Positions 25,913 through 40,082 of a stretch of DNA of 64,000 bases are shown here, in pieces. Position numbers and translations under genes: made by a program. The stretch lies in assembly GCA_013115125.1 (NCBI GenBank), contig JABANN010000073.1, positions 1 to 64,000 of the forward strand. Direction: 5' to 3'. Each line of letters starts with the position of its first letter. Position 1 is the first letter of the stretch. A model generated the notes under the pieces. The model ran no database searches, was not told where the DNA came from, and saw only the letters and a program-made list of their open reading frames with translations. This DNA comes from Perkinsus olseni (Eukaryota).

Positions 25913-26665
25913 GGCCTCGGCTTTAGTCGCTATTCTTCAAATGGAAGCATGAGATTTATTCCTTCACGATCGAGTTACTGAACCGTAGCGCATGGTCTGT
26001 TAAACTCCAGCAACTGTGGTATAATGAATTCCGAGGAGAGCCTGTGTTAATGCAAGCTCGGCTCCCGAAGCGTATCCGCTTGCGCGAACGTGTTGTTTGG
26101 TACTTCGGATTCTCACGCAAGCGCCTTAGCAGTCCACGAGGTGTATTATGCGATGAATTCGGGGGGCTTGTCAGTAGGCTGGGACGTGTCCCTACAGGAG
26201 TTTATGTTTTCTCAGCACTCCTTCTGATCCACCTGTTAACTCTGACCAACAGATGGCGTTCATCGCCGCTGCCGTGAAGGGCGCCATTTGATTCAGTCGT
26301 GAGCATGTACCTGATGACCAGTCAGTGGTAACGAGGCGTCTTGGGTGTGTGTCTGGCCTTGAGTTGGCGTCGGCGTTCCGGACGGATTCGTGATGGTCAA
26401 TAAAATCCCGGCGAATCGGTTATCACATACGAGAGTGCCGCATGGTAGTATGCATTACTCGGACATGAGTGTAAGATGGTCGCTCACAGCGGTCCGTTTC
26501 GTAGTGATCATGAATTTGTGGCGCGCGCGATCTGCATCAGAAAATCACGGGAAAGTGAAAGCTCCGCTCCGCCTTTTTCGCTGGATTTCGCCGCATTGTG
26601 CGCAACTTCTCGACGACTTTGGCAGGGTTCTTGGACGAAGGTTTTTTTGGACGCGAGCAGTTTTC

Positions 26666-29548
26666 ATGGCGCCCAATTCGTCCCTAACGGTCGGTAGCAC
26701 GCCATCCACCGCTGCCCCTTGCGGGATGAGCAAGTATCGGAGCAGGTCCGAGTGCCTCAGTCGGATACAGGAGCTGAAGAAGATAAATGAGGTTATACGG
26801 CGTGGGTGCATCGTAAAGGGCTCGTGAGTAATTACGCTTCTGGGGCTCGATTCGGACCGTTCCAGCTTAAGCTTGAGCTCAAGTCTCCCTGTAGAAGGGC
26901 TTTCGGATCTCATTGTCGCCTAGGAATGCTGGAAGCTTCCAGCCGGTTCAGATGCTTCGTGTGGAAGATTATGATTATCATGATTAGAATGGGTGAATCA
27001 GGGGGTCAGAACCAAAATCAGGGTGATCCAACCCTGATTAATTCGTCCTGTCGCCGTTCAACTTCCTGCGTGATTCATCCTAGAAGCTCACCGCGACCAC
27101 AGATCAATCTCAAGTGTCACGCCTGATCCACCTCAGAGGGCGCTCTCGTTCATTTCGTGAGAATGTGCATAACTCCATTTGACTCATCACCCGAGATTGT
27201 TGGCGCTTTCAGATAAAGCCTTTGATGGTCAATCGGGGCCACATGGATTCTCGGAGGTGCATCCTCACGGCTGACGTGCTCGCGGGTCAAATAGATTCGA
27301 CCGAGAGCCTGGGGTCTGGCCAAGAGTTTTCGGAATTTTCGGACAGGCAGCTGGAAAGTCTTTTTCAGATGAATTTCAAGTACGACTATTAGAGTGTCTG
27401 GCTGAGTGACTCACCTCCGTTCTCGAAGGAGCGTCCCTCCTGGTCTCGCTGTGGAGGTCAGCGATGATATCGTCGGTCAGAAATGCAGCGCTCCCCTGGT
27501 TGTCGCTTGAGACTCGCGAAATAGTTCGACCAAGCGGTTCGACGGAACTGCTGCCTCCGAACAGTGAAATGGTCGATTCGGCGCCATTTTCGGTGCCTGT
27601 CGGTTCATGAGATAGAGCATATGAGAAGGAGGGTGCAGTCTCTAGTGGTTTAGGTACACAACATTTGTCGCTAATGTTGCGTTGAGAAAGTTACTCGAGT
27701 CTGCGGATAACAGTATGGAAGCTGCCAGGCTCCAGACAAGAGCGAAGCAGAGCATGGATGATTTGGAACGAATTAAATTGGAAATGTTGAGTAGAGCTGA
27801 AGGAGGACCGAAAAAGACTACGGATGTAATGAGGAGGTCGTATGAATTGCCATGAAATTCCCACATCACCTCACTGACAACTACTTGAGGTCGTGAAAAG
27901 CGATCCACCACTTTTCATGACCAAAAACGATCCCAGAAGGGGTGCTTTTCTATCCGGTCTCTTTTGAGAAGTGTACAAGAATAGACTAGCCCAATTAGTT
28001 TTGCTTGATAACTCTAGCGGACACAGAACCTCGCTGGATCCTCGTTACTCTGGTTATCCTCGAGCTTTGTTTCACGCGCAAATCATGCTTCGAGCAGGTC
28101 CCATCAGTGAAATCGCGGTATGAGATGTCGGAGGAATGCCAAGGCGAGGGAAGTCGGAGTACAGCGGAGCCTGCGTGCGATGATTTTGAGAAACAGTTGG
28201 AAATGAGGATATCAGCGTTGCGAACTCCGTCTCCGTCGCCGATGGAATCGCCCAAGAGTGCACTTCCAATATTTACTGCATCCCAGAGGCCAGAACGAGC
28301 GAGGTATCCGAGCCTGTCGCTCCAAGGGGAGGAGAAGCGAGAGCTGCCAATAGAAGATTCATCACAAAGTTATCCAAGAATGAATCATGTGTCGCAGCCA
28401 AAGCAATCGCCAGTGGTGCTCACTGCTGGAGAACGGCGACTGAACTCTGACGTCCGGTACGATGGTTTTTTGATGAGGGATGCGGTCAAATATATGGCAC
28501 CTACTGATTTAGTGGAGAAGTTCCTGCGGGTGGCTGAGTAATAAGGGGAGGAGCTGGTTGGGTGAAACATCTCAGTACTCGTCGATTGGCTCCTTTCATG
28601 CACTGCGCTTCGTGCGGCGCTTAAACCGTTACGGCTGTTCGTTGTAGTGAGTTACGTCAGCATTGCTTTCGTCCTTCGACGCGTTGAGCTCGAGCGGACT
28701 ACTCTACTGACGCCTTGACGATGTCATCGTCAGGCCTAATACATCGAGAAATCTGGAGACCTGTGCGATATTGCTCGGAACTACGAACGAGCCTGGCGCT
28801 ACTGCGGGAAGCCCATCAGTTATACGAATCACTCATCTTTTTGTACCGCAGCAAAGTGGGACGTCGGACTCCTGCGAGGCCAGTGAGGATAGCGATGTTG
28901 AGGTAGTGCAGCCGGAGTGATGCATTGCGGGAATCGTGTTTATGTGGGAATTAGAGTTAGCCTATGCTGCACACTACCAGTCTTCCTGTCAGAAGATGGA
29001 GTTTTGCGCATAACTCCCGAGGGTAGTTGGCAATTACTCTTGATCCGATTTTGCATGATATGCTCCCGCTCGCTCCGCTCGCTCCGCGACTTTTTTCGGC
29101 TCCGCTGTTGTCTTCTCGTTTTCCGTATACTGGAAGCGTTCTTTTCCCGCCTACTGCATCTGATATGGTGGGTATCTGAGCGTCCAGTCCCGAGCTTCAG
29201 GTTCTCGATTTCGCACTTAACAACGGTCTTGTATGCATTGGTTGGATTCACACCCATCCCAGTCAGAGCTGCTTCCTCTCTAGCATCGACCTCCACACCT
29301 CCCTCGGCTACCAAGTCCTCTGCAATGAGTCCCTGGCGCTCGTAGTCGCCCCCACCGACTCCCAATATCAGCCATGCGGAGTATTCCGTCTAACTGACTA
29401 TGGTATAGCGTACTTGAAGACGTGTCAGAGGAGAGGCTTCCACAAGCATAGCGACGCCCAGATGCCTCTTTACGAGGTCGTGGGCCCGCAGGAATGGAGG
29501 CTGGTGTCGGACACAGGCGTATCGATAGTCGACCGTCGCATGCGGTGA
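26666..29548 (+). CDS. STAMBP: AMSH/STAMBP-like JAMM/MPN+ deubiquitinase with N-terminal MIT/USP8-dimerisation-like region
   Basis: KFLRVAE/PNTSRNLETCAILLG...ITHLFVPQQSGTSDSC.../GWIHTHPSQSCFLSSIDLHT, an intact HxH-x7-S-x2-D JAMM motif in exon 29201-29548. The exon at about 27654-27825 resembles the AMSH N-terminal helical domain. 5' end tentative. Confidence 0.88.
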
Positions 29549-30241
29549 TACTGGTGGCACCCACTTCTGTCTTTTTTGGCTGCTTTTGTCATTTTTGTGT
29601 ACGATTCTCTAAAAGACTGTAACGGGCTGCGCTATGTAGCGGGTTTGACGGCGGGATTGTGAGCTGCAATTAACAACCATCGGACGATTGTGCCAACCGT
29701 GCAGGATATCTGATGATCCCAAGTTGAGATTCCCAACTCGCCAGATTCAGCTTTGGCCGAGCCTTCCTCGCTGTAGGTCGACTTCGGGGGAGCGGAGATG
29801 CTGTCGGAATTCTGTGATGCCAATGACACGAATCCGACTCCCACAGAGTTTCACCACGTTGCACGAATCTGCTCGCCTTGGGGAAGATCTAGGGGAATGA
29901 TTTTTGCGGGCCGCAACTGATGCCTGCCATTCTGGTAGCTCTCGTAGGGTTCCTGCTCTTTTCTATGGCGCTGACTCCAATACGATTGTGTGGATCGAGA
30001 TGGCCAATGGTTTCGAGATATGCCTCGTGTAGGGCCTTTGCGGCTCAGGGGAGAGCTACACGGTAATAAGAAGCGCTATTTCCCACCTGAAGGTGTTCTA
30101 GTGTTTTGGTTCGCTGAGCTTCCGTGGAACTGTTGATGCTGAGAGCGCCAGAGGGTTATAGAGGGAATGACATAAATAGAGCGCTTGGCAATTCGCGAAG
30201 CATTGTGTATCTTCACTGGAACCACCTGAAAGCAGTTATCG

Positions 30242-30967
30242 TTGGTGCAGAAATGCGAGGAACAGAAATGCAAGACGACTACCGTTTTCCGTCTTCACGC
30301 TGTCAGACCCCACCCGTCCGTGCAACACTTTACTAAGGAGCAGTTGGATGCGTTCCGAGAGGCCAAGTTGGAGGAGAAACGCGAACAGATGCGGCAAGAA
30401 AGGGCTAAGTTCAAACAGTATATGGAGATGGATCAAGAAAGAGAGGTCGGAAGAGGTTCTATGGGTGCCTAGTGAAAGCCACCGCGAACATTGTCGACTC
30501 AAGAACGTGGTGAAGATTAGACCTAAGGAGAATAGTTACCCTGCGCTCGGTGAAACGCTTCAGGATAGGACAGATGTGACTGCTGGTGATCCTCACTTCT
30601 TGCGGCCTATGGTGGTTGTGCTCCAGGTGGAATTTGAGCTATTTCTGTGATTCGGTATCGGTCTTCGGTATCGGTCTAGGGCTGGCTATCCAGTATTAGA
30701 ATATCGCAATTGGAGGTTTGACGCTCCATCGCGGTAATTTCGGGGCGCAGTGAAGATTGCGGCATTCAGGCAGAGAAGAAGCTAGAAGAGAAGCCGAGCG
30801 AGATTGGATTTTGGAGGGACTTCCAAATGAGTTTCGTCGAGAACGTCCTCTCTGATAAAATGAAGGCTGTTATGATTCTGTATGGTTTGGATACACGAAA
30901 GAGTTTGCACCATCCTAAGCACCCGCAAATAGCTCCCACAGCTGATCTGGTGGGTTCTGGGAAATGA
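30242..30967 (+). CDS. Hypothetical protein (charged/coiled-coil), 5' end unresolved
   Basis: In-frame GT-AG-bounded exons ...EQLDAFREAKLEEKREQMRQER.../DRTDVTAGDPHFLRPMVVVLQ/.../AEKKLEEKPSEIGFWRDFQ...GSGK*. Confidence 0.45.
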
Positions 30968-31277
30968 CGGAGATCACATGTCACGTAGAATGCCGACCGT
31001 ACGTATTCTCCTGTCCCACTTTCCGGGATGCGTAGTATGGTTCGACAATGCGATGCGCCGTGCCTCCTCGCACGGAACTGCCAGGAATTGAATCACTATG
31101 ACGGATCGCTGGGCCTAGTTGTGTAGACTATAGTTGCTCCACGGTCCGAAGGAGGGACATACATTCTCTGATTGGGAAATGAGCTGATGGGGTACTTCTG
31201 ATCAGATACCCTCTTTTTTGAATATGTGGTTCCCCTTTGCGTGGGGGGTGGCTATCGCTTCAAGTATAGGCTTCGCC

Positions 31278-32642
31278 ATGCCGGCGGCCATAGTGTCAGC
31301 GAAGGGACTCACGGCGTTCTTCTTCCTTCGAGGAGGGGCTGCCGCTGCTGCGGTAAGTGATTATTTCGGTCGTTATGTAATGGACTCTCGATGACGTTAC
31401 TCGTGAAGCAGTGCAAGCCTCCGTGGCCCATCTCAGGTTCTCTGGAACGAGGTCAAATATCCTTCTGCGGAGCCGCCTGAAACAACACCGGTTGTCATCA
31501 GAGAAAAGGAGGGGATGAAGTTTGGGTTCTCCCAGCTTTCCAAAGGCGAACTTGCTCTGCTCAGCTTCATCAATTTGGCAGCGGGAGGCCAATACATATC
31601 GGCGTAAGAACAACGCTCGTGCGAAGCGCCTCCCTCCGTCGATGCTGACATCTTTCCTTATCCTTCGGACCTCTAACGGGTTCTGGGCGGATCTTCCCTT
31701 TGGTACGCATCGCGTGTCGCGGGCGTGCTATTCGGCACCTCTTAGGTCGCCGCGTGAATAGCAGTGCATGTATGAACTTGCCCTGTCGATTCTGGCCCGT
31801 GCTCTCAGATTGGTTGATCCATCGTGGGCGTCTTATGCCATTATTGCTGGTTCAACGGCAGCTGCAGGGCTCTTCCCTAAGCAACTGGTGAGGCCTTTCG
31901 TGAGCTAGGTGCTGGTACCTTGCGACTATCGTCTGAAAGGGGATAACGAGCCATAGCTCTTCAGCTCATGCGCTATATTTGCCCTACTCGATCCCGAATG
32001 AATGTGATCACTGATCAGGGAGCGGCGGCGCTCGCCGTTGGCGCACCGCTAGGCCTGATGACCGGGCCGTATAGCGTTCCATTCTTGGAGCTCCTACCGG
32101 TGCAGGTAGGGGGCTGCCGGTGGGGGATATACGATGTTAAGATTCAAGAAATTCGCATGAGAGTTCTCTGATTATCGTAAAAGTTTGAGACGCTTGCAAG
32201 CTCATGGAGCGCGCCAAATGGTGTGTGAAAGGATAACAGGTGACTTGCTGTTCACTCATTTCAGCTATCGCTCTGGTATTCAACTTCCTGTGTCAACTAT
32301 GCTTTTTGCCACGAGGGAAAGAGCGTGCCCATTGCAATTACGGGAGTGGCGGCATTCGGTGAGACTCATTCGAGTGGATGGGGAACATCCGCTTCATCTC
32401 GATACATCTGGGCGCTCTCTCTCGATATCCACTGAAGAGTTCCTACGCAGGTTTGGCAGCTTACCTGGGTGGTCTCCACCAAGTGTTCACTACCTGCTGG
32501 TTCTTGAATTCGTCATTCTTACTATGGCGAGCGTAGGCCACGTGGTTTCTCTCGCTTTATTCGTTGCCTTCTAGCTTCGGTAGACCGCCGGTGCTCCGGT
32601 CAGGCACAACAACGGCTTCGAGAAGGCGGATTGGAAAGCTAG
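31278..32642 (+). CDS. Small Gly/Ala-rich membrane protein (about 130 aa), possibly Tim17/22/23-like
   Basis: Six GT-AG-joined exons give MPAAIVSAKG...YISALVDPSWASYAIIAGSTAAAGLFPKQLGAAALAVGAPLGLMTG...REGGLES*. Family assignment weak. Confidence 0.55.
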
Positions 32643-33007
32643 GAGACTACAGGGGTCAGACTGGATGTCAAAGAAACACTCCAAGAGCATTTTGCAAGTC
32701 AGACAAGCTAGATTTTCAACGCCGATGATCATTGAGCGTGGATTGTTCATTGCTTCAGTGGTGGTTCGGGGCTGCCATGGTGATGGGAACCGTGATGGGC
32801 CGGAACTTTAGCTCCAGATCTGGCATGGTCCACAGAGAGGCGGACACGGAGAGCATGTCCCTCGAGATGAAGGGAACCAGCGTCGAGCCTCGGACAGCGC
32901 GAATGACATCATGATACTACCGTGTCACTGTCGGTTGTTTCTGACACTTCTGCCCTCTGCTGTTGTGTATTTGCAAATTTTGGACTGGCAGTGCGCTCAG
33001 CTTTGAA

Positions 33008-34346
33008 ATGCCAGAGGGGAATGCGAATGGTGCCGCGCCTCGGGTGGTCGTCGTCCGAGAGCCTCCCGAGCCGACTTGCTGTTGTGGATGCACTTTCACC
33101 TTCGCCCTGGAGGTGTTTGCAGCCATGGACTTGGTATTCGGTCTGATCAGCCTTCTCAGCATAGCGATGCAAGGCGTCCAGGTGGGTTGTCTTGGGATCT
33201 CAGCAGGCTATGAATTTGCCTTGGTCAGGCTCCTGAAGCGACCGGCTATGCTGGTTACTATGGCGAAGCGATACAAGCGGTTTTGACTGTGGGAGCCACC
33301 AGCGATGCAGCCGGAGCGATGCAAGTGAGATAAACTTAGTCGTTGCGTTCCGTGGAATCGTACTCCCTTTTTTCCTCAGGCGGCTAGTTCAGGTCTGACA
33401 GCGTCGACAGTTATTATGGCCGGTCTAGGACTGCTTGGCGTGTACCAAAAGAAGTAACGTGTTGGGCCTTTTGGGGTTGAGTGTTGGTTAGTTCAGCAAT
33501 GTTCACGTAGTGAGCATCAGATAGAGTGTATCTGATAGACGTGTGGCTCTATAAGAATGGGAAAGGAAAGAGCTTCATCGCGTCTTCGTCTTTAGTCCTC
33601 TGTATGTGAGGATCTACGCGTACTCATGTTTGGTGCGAGTAATTGTCCTCGGCTTGCTCACATTGACGTCCCTGCTGTGGGTGAATACCATTCTTAGCGC
33701 ACAGGTCGACGAACTGGCTAATTTCATACAGCAGTTACCACTGGTAAGTCAATATTCACTCGCCCTTTCCTGCATTGCTTCTTGCCAGTTTGAGTATTTC
33801 AAAGAAAGGGACATACCGTTCAGCATCAACAAGAAAGCTGTTGCCACTCGTACGTTGCGCTGTCGTAGGCCTCTGCACCGTGACCTTTCTACGCTCAGTC
33901 TTCGGCTACATCTGCGGCTTCTTCCTCATGTTGTCCCTCGCCTGTGAGCTTTGCTTCCGCTTCTTCGTGGCTTGGATAGGTCTCCGGTGTGCTGCATGTA
34001 TCGAGGTGGGGATTCCGCTGCAACTTTGGCGTGAATCGGACTTGGCTGTTTCAGGCACCGGCTGACAGAGGGGTTCCGGTGCCACCACGAGAGTCGCAAG
34101 GTGACAATGTGACGCTCACAATACCAACAGCAGTGGAGCCTGGTGAACCGATCAATTTGGTGAGGTGCGCCCGAAATTTGCAGATGTGAAGTCACTCCTC
34201 TCAGATCGTTGACGGGCAGTCTATCATGTTAGCGGCACCCACTGTGGATACACCGGCTGGTGATACTGAAGGACTCCGACGGGTAGGGAGCTAATGCCGT
34301 AGGGTCAATGCCAGAATCAACTCCTCTTTTTCAGCGCCAACAATGA
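33008..34346 (+). CDS. Four-transmembrane hypothetical protein with N-terminal TCCCGC motif
   Basis: Spliced exons give four hydrophobic segments after a Cys cluster (palmitoylation-like) and a soluble C-terminal tail. Confidence 0.65.
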
Positions 34347-35249
34347 AGATGATGTGTAAACTACTAGCTGTAGTGACGAGGTACTTTCACCCAGTAGTTC
34401 GTTTTGAAACCTTATACTTTTTGCCTTGTAGTTTTGTTTGTTGCGTCAGTATAGTACGGATCACTCGTGAGCGGGGGCAGGAGTAACATGATGACGCGAA
34501 GGTTTGCGCAAGAGACATAGCTCAAGCACTGCTATCGAAAGCACTTGCTGCCTTCGAACGAATGAAGGAATTCAACTGAGATCCTTGGGGGGGACAGAAT
34601 CTGTGTCGTGAACCGGCCTCTCACCAACTGCGCTAGCTCGACTGAGTCCGCCTTGCCTGTCCCTTCAACCGTACATCTTCTCACATCAAAGAAGTGCCGC
34701 AGCGTGGGATTTGGAGCGATAGTCCCTTCCGTGCGACTTCTCAGAGTTTTCACGTGTTGCTAAGTGTATCTCGATAGTTCGCGCGCGACATCATCTATGT
34801 CCAGATTTCTGGATGCTCCTGGCAAGAGCTCTCTTCGGCTTCTTTCATCTGGGTCCACAGGGTTAACTCTCGTGTCGTGTGGGGCTGGTTATGAAGGCTG
34901 GGTCAGCGTGCTCTCTTCGAGGATTAATATGGTGATGGGAAGACGAGGTTCCCTGTGGATGGCATGGAAAAGTGAAACGCCGAAGCATACATAGAGAAAG
35001 GATCGCTCTGCAGTCCTTTCTTTCGCTCTGGCGTTGCTCTGCTTATCTTGCCATCAACGTTAAATACAAGTGGGTGTCACTGCCGATCCCTTCAGTCTTT
35101 TTTTATCATCACTATTATGAGCTCGCCAGCAGAAACGTGGGAATTGCGCCCCCAGCGCCGCAGATCTCATTCACATAGAGACAGTGTAGACACCACTCTC
35201 AATGGTAAATATCTCATACGCCCTGACTAACAGCGGAAATCCTCACATC

Positions 35250-38200
35250 ATGTCAGCTTCGCCGGCCCCAAGCGCTCCTTTGGAAGCAGAGATGGGCGTG
35301 CCTGGCAGCAGCCTCTACTTGTTCAGCATTCGCGGTCGAGATCAGCCCGGTATCTCCCACCTCATGTGTCAAACGATAGCAGACTTTGAGCACAGTACTC
35401 TGCTGGATATATCGCAGATATGCATTGATGAGCTGTTAATGTTAAGTTTACTTGTTAAGGTGAGCAAACCGACCTGATAGGCTTCTCTCTAGTGATGCAG
35501 TCGATTTGGCCAGGTTGATGACGAGCATGTGGCTGCTCTCACGAAGGAGCTGCTGCTGCCAGCAAACCGCATGGGGGTGTCTGTCAGCGTGCGGCAGCTT
35601 CACGACGACAGTGGAGCTAACAAAGACGGCGAGGACCATCAGGCCTCGTTGGAGGGAGACGATGGCCTCTGTGGATCAGAGGATTGCCTTGTACAGGTGA
35701 GCTAGAGGTGCCAGTAACTTCGAAGACGAGGGACGCGGCCGGTTTGTCAGGTTGTGTACCATCCTCCCAAAGGCACAGTAGTTCAGTGTCTGCCTCCAGC
35801 ACTGCTTCTCAATGTTTGCTCAATCGTGAGTATATCATCAGCCTCTCATCTCCTTTGCCTTCACCGCGACGTTTCTCGTCTCAGGCGACTCGCGAGGGGT
35901 GGAGTGTGGTGTCAGTTGTCCACTTTAACCCGGACGCTCCCTTGTGGGTTCATTCTCTCCAGCTGCGAGTGCGTCAGACGGGCGATTTCCTTCCAGAGGA
36001 GCCCATCCAAGACGGTGAGTTAGGGCGCATCGGCGGGTCAATCACCGGACAGTTCGGGCTCGCAAGAATTCTTCGAGATCTCGAATCCTCAGATATCTAT
36101 AACGCAGCCTCCCATCCAGTGGGCAGCCGACAGAGGCTCTATCTCCTTCTACAGGAAGTGTGTCACAGAGTTGGTGCAGAGGTCGTTGTGAGGTGAGGTT
36201 TGTACCAACAGTGCGTTCCTTCTCCGGCATAGACACTGTCACTGAAGAAGCTCTGTGCAGGCCTTACGAAGCGCCCTCCAAACCGAAGCCAAAGTCTCTG
36301 GTGGTGTTCGGGCTATCTGAAGTCCTAGTCAGCAACGACGTCCTTATGCTGTTGCTAAAGGAGGTAGGTTCACTAATGGAACGACAGAAGCATATCCTGG
36401 AGTATCCCATTGAAGCGTGACGAATACGTGTATTCTTGGACTAGCAACAGCACTAAATTTCTGGGGAGTAACCTGGGCCCGTAGTTCACTTCGCGATCGT
36501 CGATACTGCTGGGGAGTTTCCTACCATCGTGGAATCTTGAGCGTGTTCAGGCTGGCAAGGATTACGATGGTATCAGAGCTCAGTGCGAGAAGCAAAAGCT
36601 TTCTGTCAATGAGACCAGTCATCGACTAGTTGCGGCTCTTGAAGGTACGCTCTTCTCCGGTGGCTAGGGCAGCCAAGCTTGAATCGTAGGTGCACCGCGT
36701 GACGTGGTCACTCGAACAATTTCGCAGCTTCGCCTCACTAAGGGCGCGAAGAAGGTCTGTCAGGCACTAAAGTGAGCCTTGGTCATCGCCGTGTGTGCAA
36801 TTTCAGTGGTCCGTGGATGTCGATGTTCAGATACCTTGGTTTCAAGCTAGCGCTGATCACTTCTAGCGCTTCCCAGTCCATTGCGAGGTAGGAGCTGCAG
36901 ATTGTCTCGCGGCTGTACTGTGAACTGATCGTTTTTCTCTAGACACGTACAGTCCGAGCTCGGCCTCGACTACGCACTCGCCACGGAGATTGAAGTGGAT
37001 CCAAAAACTGATAGAATAACCGGCAAACACGGTACACTGATGGACAATTTCCGTAAGGTAAGTCTGGCGTCTCTGATCTCCGTGTGCTTTGTAACAAGCG
37101 GTCAGGTCGATTACATGAGGTTGATTGCGGACAGAGAAAACATCAGCCAGGAGAATGTCATTGTCGTTGGTGACTATGTCCATGCTGACTACCTGTTCGA
37201 CCAGTGCGGATATCGGGTAGGCGGCGACACACTGAGGGTCCGAAGGAATCCGCGGTCCTTGCTCGAATCTACCCCGCCAGAGTTGCTGGGCAGGACTCTT
37301 TCGCTTATGAATGAAGGGAGAGTGATGGAGTTTTGGTTGCAAAAGATTTTCTGTTCCAGTCGGTGACGCTTTTAGATTCATTTTAACGCAAGGCAGCAAG
37401 GAGATATGAGAGTCCTTCTTCACTTGTTGGGCTACTCAGAGACTCACGTACGCGAGCTGGTTGAGCTCGCACAGACCGGACCTAACGATTCCTGGAACAC
37501 GCCTAGCATCGAGGAGCAGCTCACTCCCACTACCTCCACCGCTGTGCCTGACATCGACGCCGGTGACCAAGACGACAGCAGCGACGGCAACTACGCGCTC
37601 GTCCGAAGTAGGCATTCGACGGCGGGGAGACTTTTCGAGTGCGTCTTGGCGTAGGTACCACGCTTACGGACCCGTTAGCTCGAACCGTGTGGAACTTGGA
37701 ACCCCTCGAGGGCGTGTCCCCTGACACTTCTCTCGAGCGTTGCGATATTAGAGTGATTGGTCCCGACGCCCCCGGTCTCATAGAGCTCCTTTTGGGACCT
37801 GTCGTGAAAACAGGTTAGCCACGCCATTGTGCTTGTAGCGCCTCGCGATTAGTCTTATTTCAGGCAGCAGCATCGGTCAGATCATCACCTACAACTTGCA
37901 CGGCGTCTTCTGCATGGGGATGAAGATTTACGTGACTGATGTGAGCCTCGCTTACTGCCTCGGGGAGGCGGGTTCATCGATTCTTTCTCTCGTTTAGCCG
38001 GAGTCTCGTGATGACTGTCTGAAGGATATTCTGTTCATCACTCACGGTCGTGGTATGGACATGCAGTATTCAACACAAGTAAGCTGATAGAGGGAGGGCG
38101 GGAACGCGGCTATCACTAGTTGGATCGCAGCGCGGAGAAAACTGTCTCTCGTGGTCGTGGTGGGAATTCAACTCAAGTACTCGAGACGGCCTTGTCATTA

Positions 38201-40082
38201 CGCAAGTCGAGACTCTCGACTCGAGAGTTAATCAAATGTGCGAGATGATAGCAGCCATAGAGACCTATCGTGTGGTCTTCGTGAGAGGAAATACTTTTTC
38301 GGTCTGAAGGAGTATTTGCAGCAGAAGGCTTCGATTACTCCATTTTCACACGACACGTGCATCGTCGAGTTTATCGTGCAACCCAGTTGCCTCTTCAGGA
38401 GAGCCTGCCTGCCCTCCCATCGTTCGCCGATCTCAAGACCCCCAAGCGCCGAGCACCCTCCGATGGTAGGTGGACTGTCCGCTAGGGTGATCCTGAATAT
38501 GCTGTCCTTCAGTCCCATCTTTACTAGTGACCCTGGTCGAGCAGCCTACACTCGAGGCTGGCGCGCTCGCTACAGTTTTGAAGGTGAGGGCGCGGTCACT
38601 ACTGCGGCTGTACATAAGTTCCCTGCGCTAGATTCTCGCCGAGAACAACATGAACATTTCCGTCATTCGGCGGCTCGATGAATCCGAGGGAGCCATGAGT
38701 GCCCTCCAATTCGTTCTCACCTCGAAGGCAACAGAGATGTCCACTGATGTAGGTCTTTGAAGCGCGGTGGAGTCCTCAGCTGTGGCGCATAGTTTGCGAT
38801 TTTGTCGCTATCCTGTACTCCGTTGTTGTTAGGAAATCCGTTCCTCTTTGAGGGAGAAGTTGCTAGGTGCTGACTGCGTCCAGAGCGGATGCGTCGATTG
38901 TGCTGTCCAGGTGAGCCATGCTGGCGTTCTCCCACCGAACCTTCCTCGCGCGGGTTACTCTGCTTCATGATATCTCCCATCCATTATGGATGATCCATAG
39001 GTTGATGATATCGCGAGGCTCTGCCGTCGTCTCGTTGTCTTCGATATGGATTCTACCCTTGTCGAAGGCGAGGTAGGCTCAGGCCGTTCTCAACTGTCTT
39101 CCTCCATTTCTCGGTCGCCTTCAGGTTATCGATGAGCTCGCGAAACTTGCAGGGGTGGAGAAGCAAGTATCGGCTATCACTGCGAAGGCTATGCATGGCG
39201 AAATCGACTTCTTCGAAAGTCTCAAACAAAGGGTGACGATTTCCGCTTAGTCACCACACTTGGTACATCTGCTGGGTTCCCTGCAGGTAGCATTACTGAA
39301 GGGTGCCTCCGCAAAATATATGATTGATGCTGTGGAGAGCCATATGAAGTTCATGCCCGGTGCTAAGCAGCTGACTAAAACACTGAAGGCCATGGGATTC
39401 AAGATGGCCGTCATATCCGGTAAGCTGCTTGAAAATGGGTGGCGCTATAACCCTGGGCCACTCACTTGTTTATCGAGTCAGTGCTACTCAGATGGTCGCC
39501 AACCGTTCGGCCGTTATTGCTTTTTTCGCTTCTTGTCGGCGGAGCATATATAGTCTGCCAAAGGTTCTCTCGGGGTCCTTCTGTCACCGATATGTTCTGA
39601 TGTAGGCGGTTTCCTTCCCTTCGCCCAGCACACCAAGAAGGAGCTCGGCTTGGATTACGCTTACGCTAATGAACTCGAAATTGACTCGAATGGGCTTCTC
39701 TGCGGACGCACAGTACGATTGACGCCAGGACTCCAATATCATAAATCACACCATAATAGGTTGGCCCGGTGGTTACTCCCCAGAGAAAGCGAGATCTGCT
39801 GGTCATGCTGGCTAGAGTAGAGGGTGTCCGAGTTGATCAGGTAAGCTCTACTCTATATATTGCGGAATGGATCGGATGCTCAACTACTCTCAGGCCATTG
39901 CAGTTGGCGACGGAGCTAATGACATTCCCATGTTGACGACCGCTGGCTTGGGAGTCGCTTTTTGCGCAAAGCCGAAGGTTCAGGAGCAGGCAAACTTCAG
40001 AGTCAACAACAAGGATCTGTCTACTATTCTATATCTTGTCGGACTCACGCAGGCTGATATCAGTAAAGCTGAGGATGCATAG
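35250..40082 (+). CDS. serB: Phosphoserine phosphatase SerB-type, duplicated ACT-ACT-HAD architecture (N-terminal HAD degenerate)
   Basis: ACT loops GRDQPGI and GPDAPGLI. Active HAD: LVVFDMDSTL, AVISGGF, AVGDGANDIPML, AFCAKP. Degenerate HAD: LVVFGLSEVL...VVGDYVHAD. Confidence 0.88.

Noticed and set aside
25981-26000. ACCGTAGC as a spliced-leader relic
   Set aside because: Only the first 8 nt match the dinoflagellate/perkinsid SL, the GGCTCAAG end is absent, and it is not adjacent to a start codon.
29061-29088. GCTC-rich repeat resembling Rep-binding iterons
   Set aside because: Short low-complexity tract in an AMSH intron with no associated Rep gene.
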